A stretch of 64,000 nt of DNA from a virus, in IMG/VR virus record IMGVR_UViG_3300045988_117466, positions 32,001-96,000 of that record, one strand, 5' to 3'. The first letter of the stretch is position 1, and every line of letters begins with the position of its first letter. This document shows positions 18,357 to 26,700 of this stretch, piece after piece. Made by a program: the position numbers and the translations under genes. A model generated the notes under the pieces. That model was not told the DNA's origin. It did no database searches and was given only the letters and a program-made list of their open reading frames with translations.

Positions 18357-18876
18357 TTGCCACATTAACACAACAACAAGAACAATCTTTTTAGGAGATG
18401 ATATAGATGAGAAGTCCATGAGTTATATTCAATTTTATCTATTAGAATTAATTCATGCAGATGATGCAAAAGACTCTAAGGAAAAAGATTTTAAAAGAGA
18501 GCCAATCAAAATATACATCAATTCTCATGGTGGTAGTGTGGACGATATGTGGGGACTTATTGATCTTATGCTACATAGTAAGACACCAATTCATACATAC
18601 TGTACAGGATATGCTTATAGTGCAGGTTTTAAAATCTTTTTGGCAGGCTCTAAAAGGTATTGTTACAAGCATTCAATGTTCTGTTACCATCAGTTAAGCC
18701 ATTGGGAGTGGGGGAAATATCAGGATCTTGTAGAGGAAAGAGAACTTATAGATACTCGTCAGAAAGAAATAGAAGATTATGTAGCTGATAGGACTAATAT
18801 GACAAAGAAGCTTCTGAAAGATATTAAAATCAAGAAAAAGGATTTTTACATACGTGTTGAAGATGCAGTTTTATAA
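18337..18876 (+). CDS. ClpP-family serine protease
   Basis: IYINSHGGSVDDMWGLIDLM, TGYAYSAGFKIFLAG (Ser) and MFCYHQ (His) match the ClpP INSPGG / GxAASMG / HQP layout. Confidence 0.7.
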   Translation: MLQTQNNCHINTTTRTIFLGDDIDEKSMSYIQFYLLELIHADDAKDSKEKDFKREPIKIYINSHGGSVDDMWGLIDLMLHSKTPIHTYCTGYAYSAGFKIFLAGSKRYCYKHSMFCYHQLSHWEWGKYQDLVEERELIDTRQKEIEDYVADRTNMTKKLLKDIKIKKKDFYIRVEDAVL

Positions 18877-18884
18877 AAAATGAG

Positions 18885-19076
18885 GTGATTAAAATTAGAA
18901 TCATTAAATATTTTATTGGATGGTACAAATTTGAAAGCATATTTGGTACAACGAGATTAAAGTGTATTGTCGAATCTTTCAAATATGCCATTACAAATAC
19001 TTGGTGTGATTTTAATAATTGGTTATTCGACAAAGGTATTAGGAAAACACATAGAAAAGATAAATTTAAATTTTGA
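18885..19076 (+). CDS. hypothetical protein (start uncertain: GTG 18885 or ATT 18894)
   Basis: An ORF lying between an extended SD (GAGGTGATTAAA) and the terminator at 19080. Confidence 0.3.
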   Translation: MIKIRIIKYFIGWYKFESIFGTTRLKCIVESFKYAITNTWCDFNNWLFDKGIRKTHRKDKFKF

Positions 19077-19079
19077 TCA

Positions 19080-19108
19080 GCTCTCCCTTGATTGGGAGGG
19101 CCTTTTTT
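19080..19108 (+). terminator. rho-independent terminator
   Basis: Stem GCTCTCCC / GGGAGGGC (8 bp, one G.U) with loop TTGATT, followed by CTTTTTT. Confidence 0.65.
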
Positions 19109-19126
19109 AGATTGGAGGATTTTATC

Positions 19127-19471
19127 ATGAATAAAAGACAAAGGAAGAAATGGTTAAAGCAGCACAATAAATATTTTGATCCAAGAGAGACTTGGTCATT
19201 AGATTGGACGATAGCAAAATTCGTATATCCAAGACTAAAAAAATTTAAGAAAGAAAATATTGGATTCCCCGGGATTTTTAATTCTATGGATGAGTGGAAT
19301 GAGATTTTAGACAAGATGTTATATTCTTTTAAAGTATTGAAAGACGATTGCGTAGGGCTCGATATTGATTTTAATGACCCAAATTGGAAAACTGAAATTG
19401 ATAAAGCCAATGAGAAAATTCAAGAAGGATTAGATTTGTTTGGGAAATATTTTAGACACTTATGGTGGTAA
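19127..19471 (+). CDS. hypothetical protein
   Basis: The ATG at 19127 follows TGGAGGATTTTATC. The N-terminus is basic (MNKRQRKKWLKQ). Confidence 0.5.
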   Translation: MNKRQRKKWLKQHNKYFDPRETWSLDWTIAKFVYPRLKKFKKENIGFPGIFNSMDEWNEILDKMLYSFKVLKDDCVGLDIDFNDPNWKTEIDKANEKIQEGLDLFGKYFRHLWW

Positions 19472-19484
19472 ACAGGAGGGTTTT

Positions 19485-19691
19485 ATGGAAATTAATTGGA
19501 CACCGGTAACAGAAAAGTTGCCAGAGCTGACAGGAGTATTTTATGAAGAAGAGTTTCTTGTATCTGTAAAGATCGGAGACGTAAGATTCAGAGAGATTGC
19601 CAGATTTGATGGAGAAGAATGGCACAATGTCTTATTTGATTCAGAAGATGTTGTAGCTTGGGCACCGTTGTTACCAGTATATGAAGATTAA
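19485..19691 (+). CDS. DUF551-like small phage protein
   Basis: The ATG follows CAGGAGGGTTTT. The W...LP...(x)...W...W pattern is typical of DUF551. Confidence 0.45.
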   Translation: MEINWTPVTEKLPELTGVFYEEEFLVSVKIGDVRFREIARFDGEEWHNVLFDSEDVVAWAPLLPVYED

Positions 19692-19707
19692 GTAAAGGAG
19701 TGGTTTT

Positions 19708-20265
19708 ATTTTAAGAAAGAGATTATTAGCTTTAGGATTATTGGCGACTGCAAACATAACATTGGGATTAGGATTACAGAATTGTAGAGCCGATGAAAAG
19801 CATCCAGAAATGCTTCAAGAGGCACTTACAGATGTCGATCAACACTATGATAAATGCAAGCAAGCAGACGAACAAAAGAGGATTGCTATTGAAAAGAAAC
19901 GACAGGAGAAGCTTAGAAGAGAACGTATTCGTAAAGAAAAGAGAGAGAATACTCCAATCTACATGGGACGATTTAAGATTACCTATTATTGGATCGGAGA
20001 AGACAACTGGGGATACAGAACAGCTCTTGGAGTGAGAAGTAGCAGATTCTATACAGTTGCCGTAGACCGTGACGTAATTCCTTTAGGGTCAAAGATTATT
20101 ATTGGGAATGACATTTATTGGGCTGTTGATACGGGAAGTAAAGTTAAAGGTAATATTATTGATATCTTTTCTGAAACTAAACTGGAAGACATGTATCATG
20201 ATGATGTTTGGATTATTAGAAAAGGATCAAGTGAACGTCTTGCTTTGAAATATAGGCATAAATAA
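19708..20265 (+). CDS. secreted 3D-domain (MltA/RlpA-like) cell-wall protein; probable ATT start
   Basis: FKITYYWIGEDNWG...YTVAVDRDVIPLGSKIII...WAVDTGSKVKGNIIDIF is a 3D-domain pattern. The signal-like LRKRLLALGLLATANITLG is included only if translation starts at ATT 19708, 8 nt after AAGGAG. Confidence 0.6.
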   Translation: MLRKRLLALGLLATANITLGLGLQNCRADEKHPEMLQEALTDVDQHYDKCKQADEQKRIAIEKKRQEKLRRERIRKEKRENTPIYMGRFKITYYWIGEDNWGYRTALGVRSSRFYTVAVDRDVIPLGSKIIIGNDIYWAVDTGSKVKGNIIDIFSETKLEDMYHDDVWIIRKGSSERLALKYRHK

Positions 20266-20289
20266 TTGAATAGAAGTAACAGGAAACCG

Positions 20290-20318
20290 GGAGAGTCGTT
20301 TGACTCTCCTTATTTTTA
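20290..20318 (+). terminator. rho-independent terminator
   Basis: Stem GGAGAGTC / GACTCTCC (8 bp) with loop GTTT, followed by TTATTTTTA. Confidence 0.7.
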
Positions 20319-20338
20319 TGCAAGAAAGGAGTTTTTAC

Positions 20339-21565
20339 ATGGCAGAATCAATGAGTAGTGAAATGTTGAATTATGCCATTGAGCAAGGTATAATTGATCT
20401 ATCGCACATACAGGATGCAGTAAATATGAATAAAAGAAAAGAAATTTTAGAGCAGCATCCATATAGTATTTGGGAGAGTAAGGATGGCAAATGGCATACC
20501 TACCTTCCTGACGAAGAAAAAGGTAGAGTTCCTAGAAAAAGGAAAACAAGAGGTGAAATAGAAGAACTGATTGTTCAATACTATGAAAATCAAACCAATT
20601 ATAAATTTTCCCATTGGTGGCAACTCTTTAGAGAAAGACAAAGGAAATTTGGAGTATGTAACAACACTCTTCAAAAATATGATTCGGATTATCGTAGATT
20701 TTTTCAAGATACTGATTTTGAATCTATGGATATTAGAGATGTAACAGAAGATGATATTACCGAATTTATGATTGCAACAATCAAAGAGCTTAACCTAAAA
20801 GAGAAAGCAGCAAAAGGAATGATCGGATACATCTCTGGTACATTTAAACGTGCTCGTATCAAAAGAATAATTAGGGAGAATCCTTGTGACTATGTAGAGC
20901 AAAAGGATTTTCTAAAATTTTGCGACACAAGTGAAAAGACACCAGAGCAAAGAACGGTATCAAAAGAAGAGTTGAAAAAGATTCTCACTATATTACAAGA
21001 AGACAAGATTAATAAACCAGAATATATTCAAGTGTATGCAGTTGAATTAGCTATATACACAGGAATGCGTATAGGAGAATTGCCTGCTTTAAAATGGGAA
21101 GATATTATTGAGAGCGAAGATGGTGGTTGTATTATCATTCGTAGATCCGAAAAATATGATAGAGCCGAAAAAAAATATTATATCGATAAAACAAAAACTA
21201 GGAAACAAAGAATGTTCCCATTAAGTGAAGATACCAGAAGAGTTCTTGGGCAAATTAAAAAGGTTTCAATGAAATATGGATTCCTTGGAGAATATATCTT
21301 CATGAATAAAGATGGAAAGATTCATGCCACATCTATCGATCATTGTCTTAGGTATCGTTGTAGAAAACTTGGAATACCAGAAAAAAGTATCCATGCAATT
21401 CGAAGAACTTTAAATTCTACATTAAGAACAGCAGGCGTTTCATCTGTAATTGCTGCATCTTTGCTCGGACATACAGAACAAGTAAACAAAAATAATTACA
21501 CGTATGACGTGTCAGATATGAAATATAAACACAATGTAGTATCAAAATTATATCAGATAATGTGA
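20339..21565 (+). CDS. int: tyrosine recombinase (phage integrase)
   Basis: AIYTGMRIGELPALKWEDI (catalytic Arg box), HAIRRTLNS, LLGHT...NYTY (His/Tyr box). The ATG at 20339 follows AAAGGAG. Confidence 0.85.
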   Translation: MAESMSSEMLNYAIEQGIIDLSHIQDAVNMNKRKEILEQHPYSIWESKDGKWHTYLPDEEKGRVPRKRKTRGEIEELIVQYYENQTNYKFSHWWQLFRERQRKFGVCNNTLQKYDSDYRRFFQDTDFESMDIRDVTEDDITEFMIATIKELNLKEKAAKGMIGYISGTFKRARIKRIIRENPCDYVEQKDFLKFCDTSEKTPEQRTVSKEELKKILTILQEDKINKPEYIQVYAVELAIYTGMRIGELPALKWEDIIESEDGGCIIIRRSEKYDRAEKKYYIDKTKTRKQRMFPLSEDTRRVLGQIKKVSMKYGFLGEYIFMNKDGKIHATSIDHCLRYRCRKLGIPEKSIHAIRRTLNSTLRTAGVSSVIAASLLGHTEQVNKNNYTYDVSDMKYKHNVVSKLYQIM

Positions 21566-21747
21566 TACCCTAGTTGATACCCTAATGAAAATAAGTACCG
21601 AAAAAGCACGTATTTATGCGGGTTCTGAAGTAGTGTTGCGGGTTCGATTCCCGCCTAGTCCATCGGAAGGAAGTACCGCAAACGCAGTATTTTCAAGGGT
21701 TTAACAAGGGTATGAAGAACAAATGTTCTGATACCCTTTGATACCCT
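21563..21747 (+). other. probable attP region (core plus arm-type repeats)
   Basis: Lies immediately 3' of int. Four direct copies of TGATACCCT (21563, 21575, 21729, 21739) and an inverted partial copy (21706-21714). A ~22-nt direct repeat AAGTACCGnAAAnGCAnGTATTT (21593, 21671) flanks a tRNA-like 3' end. Confidence 0.55.
21638..21662 (+). other. tRNA/tmRNA 3'-end mimic (T-arm plus acceptor 3' strand), not a complete gene
   Basis: GCGGG-TTCGATT-CCCGC, then CTAGTCC and A. No matching 5' acceptor strand, D arm or anticodon arm lies upstream. This is typical of the tRNA portion carried by phages that integrate into tRNA/ssrA genes. Confidence 0.55.
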
Positions 21748-21807
21748 GACAGTCGAAAGGAGGAAATCCTGTATGTGCGATACAAATTATTCCTCAACTT
21801 TGAATAA

Positions 21808-21836
21808 AAATCACTTCCGAGTGGTTTATTTTTTTT
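21808..21836 (+). terminator. possible terminator
   Basis: Stem AAATCACT / AGTGGTTT with loop TCCG, followed by ATTTTTTTT. Confidence 0.4.
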
Positions 21837-21928
21837 GCGTTTTTATGGTTATACTAAAGTATTCTTACACAAACAATTCACACAACAATCAAAAGAATAT
21901 TTTCGCATACTCATAAATCAAAACTCTC

Positions 21929-21958
21929 TTTACACCAAACACACGTTCGTGTTATAAT
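21929..21958 (+). promoter_or_regulatory. sigma-A type promoter with an operator-like palindrome
   Basis: TTTACA, an 18-nt spacer, then TGTTATAAT (extended -10). The inverted repeat ACACG-TT-CGTGT sits in the spacer. The site is 20 nt upstream of the RBS of 21978. Confidence 0.5.
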
Positions 21959-21977
21959 ATCCAAGAGGTGAAATAAA

Positions 21978-22301
21978 ATGTACAATACAACAAACATTCC
22001 AAAAGCTACCAAGAGAGTAAACATTTCAGGAGACACACCACCAGACATTTGGATGTCTATGTTAGATTCTTATGGTAAGCTTCAAAAATTCCACATCAGA
22101 GAACTACTTCTACAGGGTACTAGAAAAGAAACCAACTCAGCAAGACAAGAACGTGAAGTAGAATATTATAAAGGCAGAATAGAAGTGTTAGAACGATTTA
22201 ACATCTCTACCAAGACAAAGATACTAAAATACATCCCATCGTCAGACACATGGTATATTTGCGGAGAATATGCAGACTTATTAAAATCACAAAGTTTTTA
22301 A
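21978..22301 (+). CDS. hypothetical protein
   Basis: Strong RBS (AGAGGTGAAATAAA). No recognisable motif. Confidence 0.5.
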   Translation: MYNTTNIPKATKRVNISGDTPPDIWMSMLDSYGKLQKFHIRELLLQGTRKETNSARQEREVEYYKGRIEVLERFNISTKTKILKYIPSSDTWYICGEYADLLKSQSF

Positions 22302-22320
22302 ATAGATAGGAGGTGTTCTA

Positions 22321-22557
22321 ATGAACAAGTTATTCGGAGTAGAAATCGGCTCATTCTCAATTAGACACAATAAAAAAGATAATACTTACCGCCCAGTAAT
22401 TAATTACAAAAATAAATTATATATATTAAGGAAATTTAATAATCGTGATGATGCAATGAAGGCGCTGACAGAAGCTCAAAAGAAACTTTATGATCATGTG
22501 AGACCAGAAGTAGAAGAAGCATATATACAACAAAAAAGGAAGTTGGGAATACGATGA
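22321..22557 (+). CDS. AP2-like DNA-binding protein (tentative)
   Basis: FGVEIGSFSIRHNKKDNTYRPVINYKNKLYILRKFNNRDDAMKALTEA resembles the AP2 three-strand-plus-helix pattern. Confidence 0.4.
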   Translation: MNKLFGVEIGSFSIRHNKKDNTYRPVINYKNKLYILRKFNNRDDAMKALTEAQKKLYDHVRPEVEEAYIQQKRKLGIR

Positions 22558-22796
22558 GAATATACGAATACAACGAAAGCACTCAGACACTCAATACAGA
22601 GTGCGGATTATTCCATATAGGTGACACAGTACAACTTACAGAAATCGACTCTCAGACGCCTATAAAAACAACCTTATATGGAGCTAGAATTGATTCTACA
22701 GAATATATCCTAACATTCTTCGATGGGGAATGTGGGATGCCTTTATACTTGTCTGAGCATGAAATAGATGATATGTGTAGAGTATCAAAATCGTAA
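22554..22796 (+). CDS. hypothetical protein
   Basis: ATGA overlap with the upstream gene. Coding-like composition. Confidence 0.45.
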   Translation: MRIYEYNESTQTLNTECGLFHIGDTVQLTEIDSQTPIKTTLYGARIDSTEYILTFFDGECGMPLYLSEHEIDDMCRVSKS

Positions 22797-22802
22797 AAAA
22801 AT

Positions 22803-22834
22803 AGGGTACACCAGAAATTAATCTGATGTACCCT
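22803..22834. terminator. bidirectional terminator between the convergent plus and minus modules
   Basis: Stem AGGGTACA / TGTACCCT (8 bp, 16-nt loop), preceded by an A-run and followed by TAAATTTT. Confidence 0.5.
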
Positions 22835-23154
22835 TAAATTTTATAATACTCCGAATATCCTATCCAGAGTTTCTTTGTTAAATTATAATGTTTGCTTTTT
22901 AAATTCAGGCAAGGACACAAACACAATTTTCATTGCCAGCTCAATCTGCTTCCTCACATTGCCCCGTTGTAAAAAAAATACAAACTTGATTGTTCCCCTG
23001 AGCCACAATCATTAAGAGCGATTTCTTTACAGAAACCTAGTTTATTCTGCTCATTTTTATCCTCTCCGCAGCAGAGAGCAATATTTCTTTATCACTGACA
23101 AAGAAAACTAATAAAGAAAATACCGACTGATCGCCAAATCAATCATAGCTGTAC

Positions 23155-23652
23155 CTAATCAGAGAGTTCATGATTCTGAGAACCTACAGCAGAGTCGTGT
23201 CCCACTGTGAAATTAAAGGTTTCCAAATACTTTAATAATCCTATAATATCATTATATGTATATGGGTTCCTTACACAATCAGAAGATTTTACGCTATCTA
23301 ATATCTCTTCAATTTCTGCATACGTATCTTTCAATAACAATGTTATTTTCTTACGTATTCCTTCTAATTCTTTTTCATCGGAAATAGTTATATTTGGCAA
23401 TGGATCTTCTTTTGTTTTAGTATTTATATTTTTAGACAAAACCTTATACCAGCCGCGTCCCTTTTCGCTACTACATATAATTCCTTCTGTTCGCAATGTT
23501 ACTATCGCATTACTAAAAACAGTTATGCTGTAGTCATCTTCATAGGCTACCCCTTTGTTTTTTAATAATACTTTTAATTCTTTGGTCGAAAATTCATCAA
23601 TGTCTTTTAGACATTCTTTCATATATTCACAAAGCTCTCTGGATAATAGCAT
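23155..23652 (-). CDS. winged-helix-like protein of unknown function
   Basis: The internal ATG (23652) follows AAAGGAGATCAAAAAA. TLRTEGIICSSEKGRGWYKV looks like a wHTH wing. Confidence 0.45.
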   Translation of the reverse strand: MLLSRELCEYMKECLKDIDEFSTKELKVLLKNKGVAYEDDYSITVFSNAIVTLRTEGIICSSEKGRGWYKVLSKNINTKTKEDPLPNITISDEKELEGIRKKITLLLKDTYAEIEEILDSVKSSDCVRNPYTYNDIIGLLKYLETFNFTVGHDSAVGSQNHELSD

Positions 23653-23737
23653 TTTTTTGATCTCCTTTATCATTGGTTTATTGATTATGATCAGATTTTA
23701 GCACAAATTCTTTGAATTTTCCAGACAGGGTAACAAT

Positions 23738-23883
23738 CATGGCTTTTTCATGTGTCTCTTAAATAATTCCTCAGTCTTTCTGCAAGAACCCATAAACTCT
23801 TCACTCACAAGATTCTTGTTCCATTCTTGCAGAAATTCCTTAAACTTTTCTGGTTTGATCGCAACCATCTTATTTCTTTTCAT
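23738..23883 (-). CDS. possible small ORF (48 aa) downstream of the endolysin gene
   Basis: MKRNKMVAIKPEKFKEFLQEWNK... The RBS is weak, and the ORF is below the ORF-track cut-off. Confidence 0.25.
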
Positions 23884-23888
23884 ATCCC

Positions 23889-24608
23889 TTAGCATTTCTT
23901 TGTGTAAGACAGTTTAATCCAACCTTTACTTGTCTGACCCCAACCATTCTTGACAGCTTTAATTGTAACTATTGTCCCTTTCTTATATGATCCTACTTTT
24001 GCCCCTGAAGTAGAAGCAGTCTTACGGATATTGAGGGCAGAAGCAGTTACTTTTACTTTGTATGACTTAGAGGAAGGAGATGCTTTTGGTTTTACTACTG
24101 TAGAACCTGAGATGTCTGCTTTGAATTTAGCAAACCCTTTGCTATTTGGAGAAGCCCAAGGTTCAGGACAAATTTTTCCGCAAGTCCGAAAATGCGTGGT
24201 AATATGAGAAACAGGGACTCCATATTTCTTCATATAATATTTTGTCAATTCAACAGTTTGCTTATACACACCATTAGGCACTTTACCAACAGAATTACAC
24301 ATCTCGATATTCAAACTGTTTGCATTTGTGCATTTGCCCCAATCAACAGCATATTTTCTTTCATATAATTTACCAACACTCCATGCCACGTTAGATAATG
24401 GAACAGACTTATATACATAATCTCCACCATCAACAAATACATGTGCGCTTGCATTCCTATTTGGAGACTGGAAGTATTTACAATTTGCTTCGCTAGTGTC
24501 CCCTTTGTTGCCCGTGTAATGAATTACAATCCATTTAATATCTTTTAAGCTTCTCTTGGCACCATAGTTGTCAGAGTTACATTTTAATGTTTTAAATTTT
24601 AATGCCAT
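23889..24608 (-). CDS. endolysin: N-acetylmuramoyl-L-alanine amidase (Amidase_2/PGRP type) with a C-terminal SH3-like domain
   Basis: IKWIVIHYTGN...ASAHVFVDG...NIEMC...H...CPE is the amidase Zn-ligand layout. C-terminal LNIRKTASTSGAKVGSYKKGTIVTI...GWGQTSKGWI is SH3b-like. Confidence 0.85.
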   Translation of the reverse strand: MALKFKTLKCNSDNYGAKRSLKDIKWIVIHYTGNKGDTSEANCKYFQSPNRNASAHVFVDGGDYVYKSVPLSNVAWSVGKLYERKYAVDWGKCTNANSLNIEMCNSVGKVPNGVYKQTVELTKYYMKKYGVPVSHITTHFRTCGKICPEPWASPNSKGFAKFKADISGSTVVKPKASPSSKSYKVKVTASALNIRKTASTSGAKVGSYKKGTIVTIKAVKNGWGQTSKGWIKLSYTKKC

Positions 24609-24708
24609 AAATATCAAACTTCCTTTCTTTTATCTAAAAAGAGCAGTCACCATAACAGCAACTGCTCAAACAACTAATTATTCAATTACTAATTACCCAC
24701 TTAGCAAA

Positions 24709-25122
24709 TTACCCAACAATATCGTCAGACTCTTTACCCTCTGCGACATCATCTAATTCTTTTTCAAATAAATCCTTATCAACTTTTACGATCACGTCTT
24801 TCTTACCAATCTTATTCTTAATTTCCTCAGCCTCTTCAAGGGTTAATCTACCGTCTCTCAGAGCATAAGCAACTTCATCCGCAAACTGAGCCGTCCAAGT
24901 AAAGCTATGGTTTTTCCAATCTCCATACAGAGATGGAACGATTACAAACGCAATACCAACAATTTGATTAATCACATCTTCATGCACATCAATCACTGGC
25001 TTACCTACAGCTAAAAGTCCCATATTAATCCAAGAAAAAATCTGTAAGATTAAGCTCACAACAGTATGTGGTTTAACCTCAGACCAATTAATGCTTGCTA
25101 AAAATTCTTTAAATTTGTTCAT
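24709..25122 (-). CDS. holin (two TM helices plus a charged C-terminal tail)
   Basis: The ATG at 25122 follows GCAAAGGAGGATTGCATT. TM segments VVSLILQIFSWINMGLLAV and IVGIAFVIVPSLY. The tail is acidic. The gene lies directly upstream of the endolysin gene. Confidence 0.6.
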   Translation of the reverse strand: MNKFKEFLASINWSEVKPHTVVSLILQIFSWINMGLLAVGKPVIDVHEDVINQIVGIAFVIVPSLYGDWKNHSFTWTAQFADEVAYALRDGRLTLEEAEEIKNKIGKKDVIVKVDKDLFEKELDDVAEGKESDDIVG

Positions 25123-25156
25123 AATGCAATCCTCCTTTGCAATTAAAAAAGACCCA

Positions 25157-25765
25157 TCAAAATGATTCTTCATCTTTAATGGGCAATGCTTTAATCTCGT
25201 TATACATTTTTTCTCCAACGCCATTTTGATGTAATTGATCGTGATACACTTTGTAAATGGCATTGATATTTTCAAGTCCCGTAGGGGAAATACATCCCTT
25301 TTGTTTATAATATCTATGGGCTTGTTTGATTCTATCTCTGAGCATTGCAGCAACTCCGTCAGATAAAGCAACATCCATCACACAGGCATCGTCTAATTTT
25401 TGAGCTAACTCAGCAGTATGAGCAAATAATCGTTCCATACTTACTTTTTGGGCTGTTAATAACGCAGCCTGTTCTCTCATCATATCTTTAATAACTTGAA
25501 TATCTTTGTTCTGATTATCCAAAATCTGTGTTAACTTATCCAAAGTTTCTGTATGCTTATCTATCATTAAGCGTTGCTGTTCGATAACTTCTTTTTGATG
25601 TTTCTTTTCTAGTGAAGCTCTGGTTTCAAAACCAAACTTCTCATTTAGTTTAGAAGTAACATCAAAAAATTTATCTGCAAACAAAAGAACTGCAAAGATA
25701 AATACTATCAATGCAGCTCCATTTTGAGATAAGAAGTTAAATATAATATTCCAATTTTCTATCAT
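25157..25765 (-). CDS. membrane-anchored coiled-coil protein (lysis-cassette associated)
   Basis: An N-terminal TM helix (AALIVFIFAVLLF) followed by a heptad-rich region. Confidence 0.5.
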   Translation of the reverse strand: MIENWNIIFNFLSQNGAALIVFIFAVLLFADKFFDVTSKLNEKFGFETRASLEKKHQKEVIEQQRLMIDKHTETLDKLTQILDNQNKDIQVIKDMMREQAALLTAQKVSMERLFAHTAELAQKLDDACVMDVALSDGVAAMLRDRIKQAHRYYKQKGCISPTGLENINAIYKVYHDQLHQNGVGEKMYNEIKALPIKDEESF

Positions 25766-25815
25766 TGTCTTTTACCTTCCTAATACATAAAATCACTCCT
25801 CTTTCTCAACTAAAA

Positions 25816-26244
25816 TCACCATACATATTCTGGTTTTCCATTCATTTTCATTAAATATCTCAGCCAATCATCTGCAACGATGCACACTGCACTCAATAGA
25901 ATCCATAAGATTGTATAAGGTAAGCAAATCTGTCCACACAGATTAAAAGGCATCTGAGAGTAATCCCAAATGCCTAAGCCTAGCCATAAATTTAAAACAC
26001 ATCCTGCAATGAATTCCATTACGGTAACAATCAATCCTCCAAGAACCATTTGCTCACGAAAGGGCATAAGATGGTAGAAGAAGCGACTGTTATTAATTAA
26101 TCCAATATCAATAAAACAAACGCCACCTAACACTCCCATTGTCCAGTGTGTGTATCCTCGCCAGATGATCTCAATACCGCAGTATGCGAACGCCCCAATC
26201 AGAAACAGGATGAGATATTTACATGATTTCTTTACATGCAGCAT
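25816..26244 (-). CDS. polytopic membrane protein (4 TM helices)
   Basis: Hydrophobic throughout. RBS is GAAGGTGAATAGAT. Confidence 0.55.
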   Translation of the reverse strand: MLHVKKSCKYLILFLIGAFAYCGIEIIWRGYTHWTMGVLGGVCFIDIGLINNSRFFYHLMPFREQMVLGGLIVTVMEFIAGCVLNLWLGLGIWDYSQMPFNLCGQICLPYTILWILLSAVCIVADDWLRYLMKMNGKPEYVW

Positions 26245-26246
26245 AT

Positions 26247-26669
26247 CTATTCACCTTCTTTTTGATCTTCGTTCTCACTTTCGTCTTTACAAATAAGCTG
26301 TAAAATCATAGGATCTCCAACCATTGCACCAGAGTAGTTTTCCATAACATCACACAATTCATCGAATGTCATTCTCAATTTGTGAAACTCAATTTCTGAG
26401 GTTTCCATACTTAAAGGATTAAACTCAGCTAAGAATTTCTGCCCATTTTCTGTACCATTGATCTGAGCATCGGTTGTAATATCATATTTCTGTAATAGTT
26501 TTTGTTTCTCTTCAAAATATTCTTTCAGCTCTGTCTGGCACTTTCTAATTGTCTTAGCAAGTCCAAATGTTAAAGTACAAGGGGCTGGTTCAGCACTCTT
26601 TGTCAATGACCCATAAATTGTATTTAACTGTCCTAAGATCATATCTGCCTGCATATTTGTCATTTCCAT
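26247..26669 (-). CDS. hypothetical acidic protein
   Basis: RBS is AAAGGAGAATTTTAAT. No recognisable motif. Confidence 0.5.
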   Translation of the reverse strand: MEMTNMQADMILGQLNTIYGSLTKSAEPAPCTLTFGLAKTIRKCQTELKEYFEEKQKLLQKYDITTDAQINGTENGQKFLAEFNPLSMETSEIEFHKLRMTFDELCDVMENYSGAMVGDPMILQLICKDESENEDQKEGE

Positions 26670-26700
26670 ATTAAAATTCTCCTTTTCTCTTTTAAACTAA

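Noticed and set aside
21611-21662. A possible complete tRNA gene next to the integrase gene.
   Set aside because: Only the T-arm and 3' acceptor strand are present. No complementary 5' acceptor strand, D-arm or anticodon arm can be drawn from the upstream sequence. It is interpreted as the attP core.
24709-25374. The long 221-aa version of the holin ORF.
   Set aside because: The first 84 codons overlap the upstream gene in another frame and have no RBS. The internal ATG at 25122 follows a perfect AAGGAGG and yields a typical two-TM holin.
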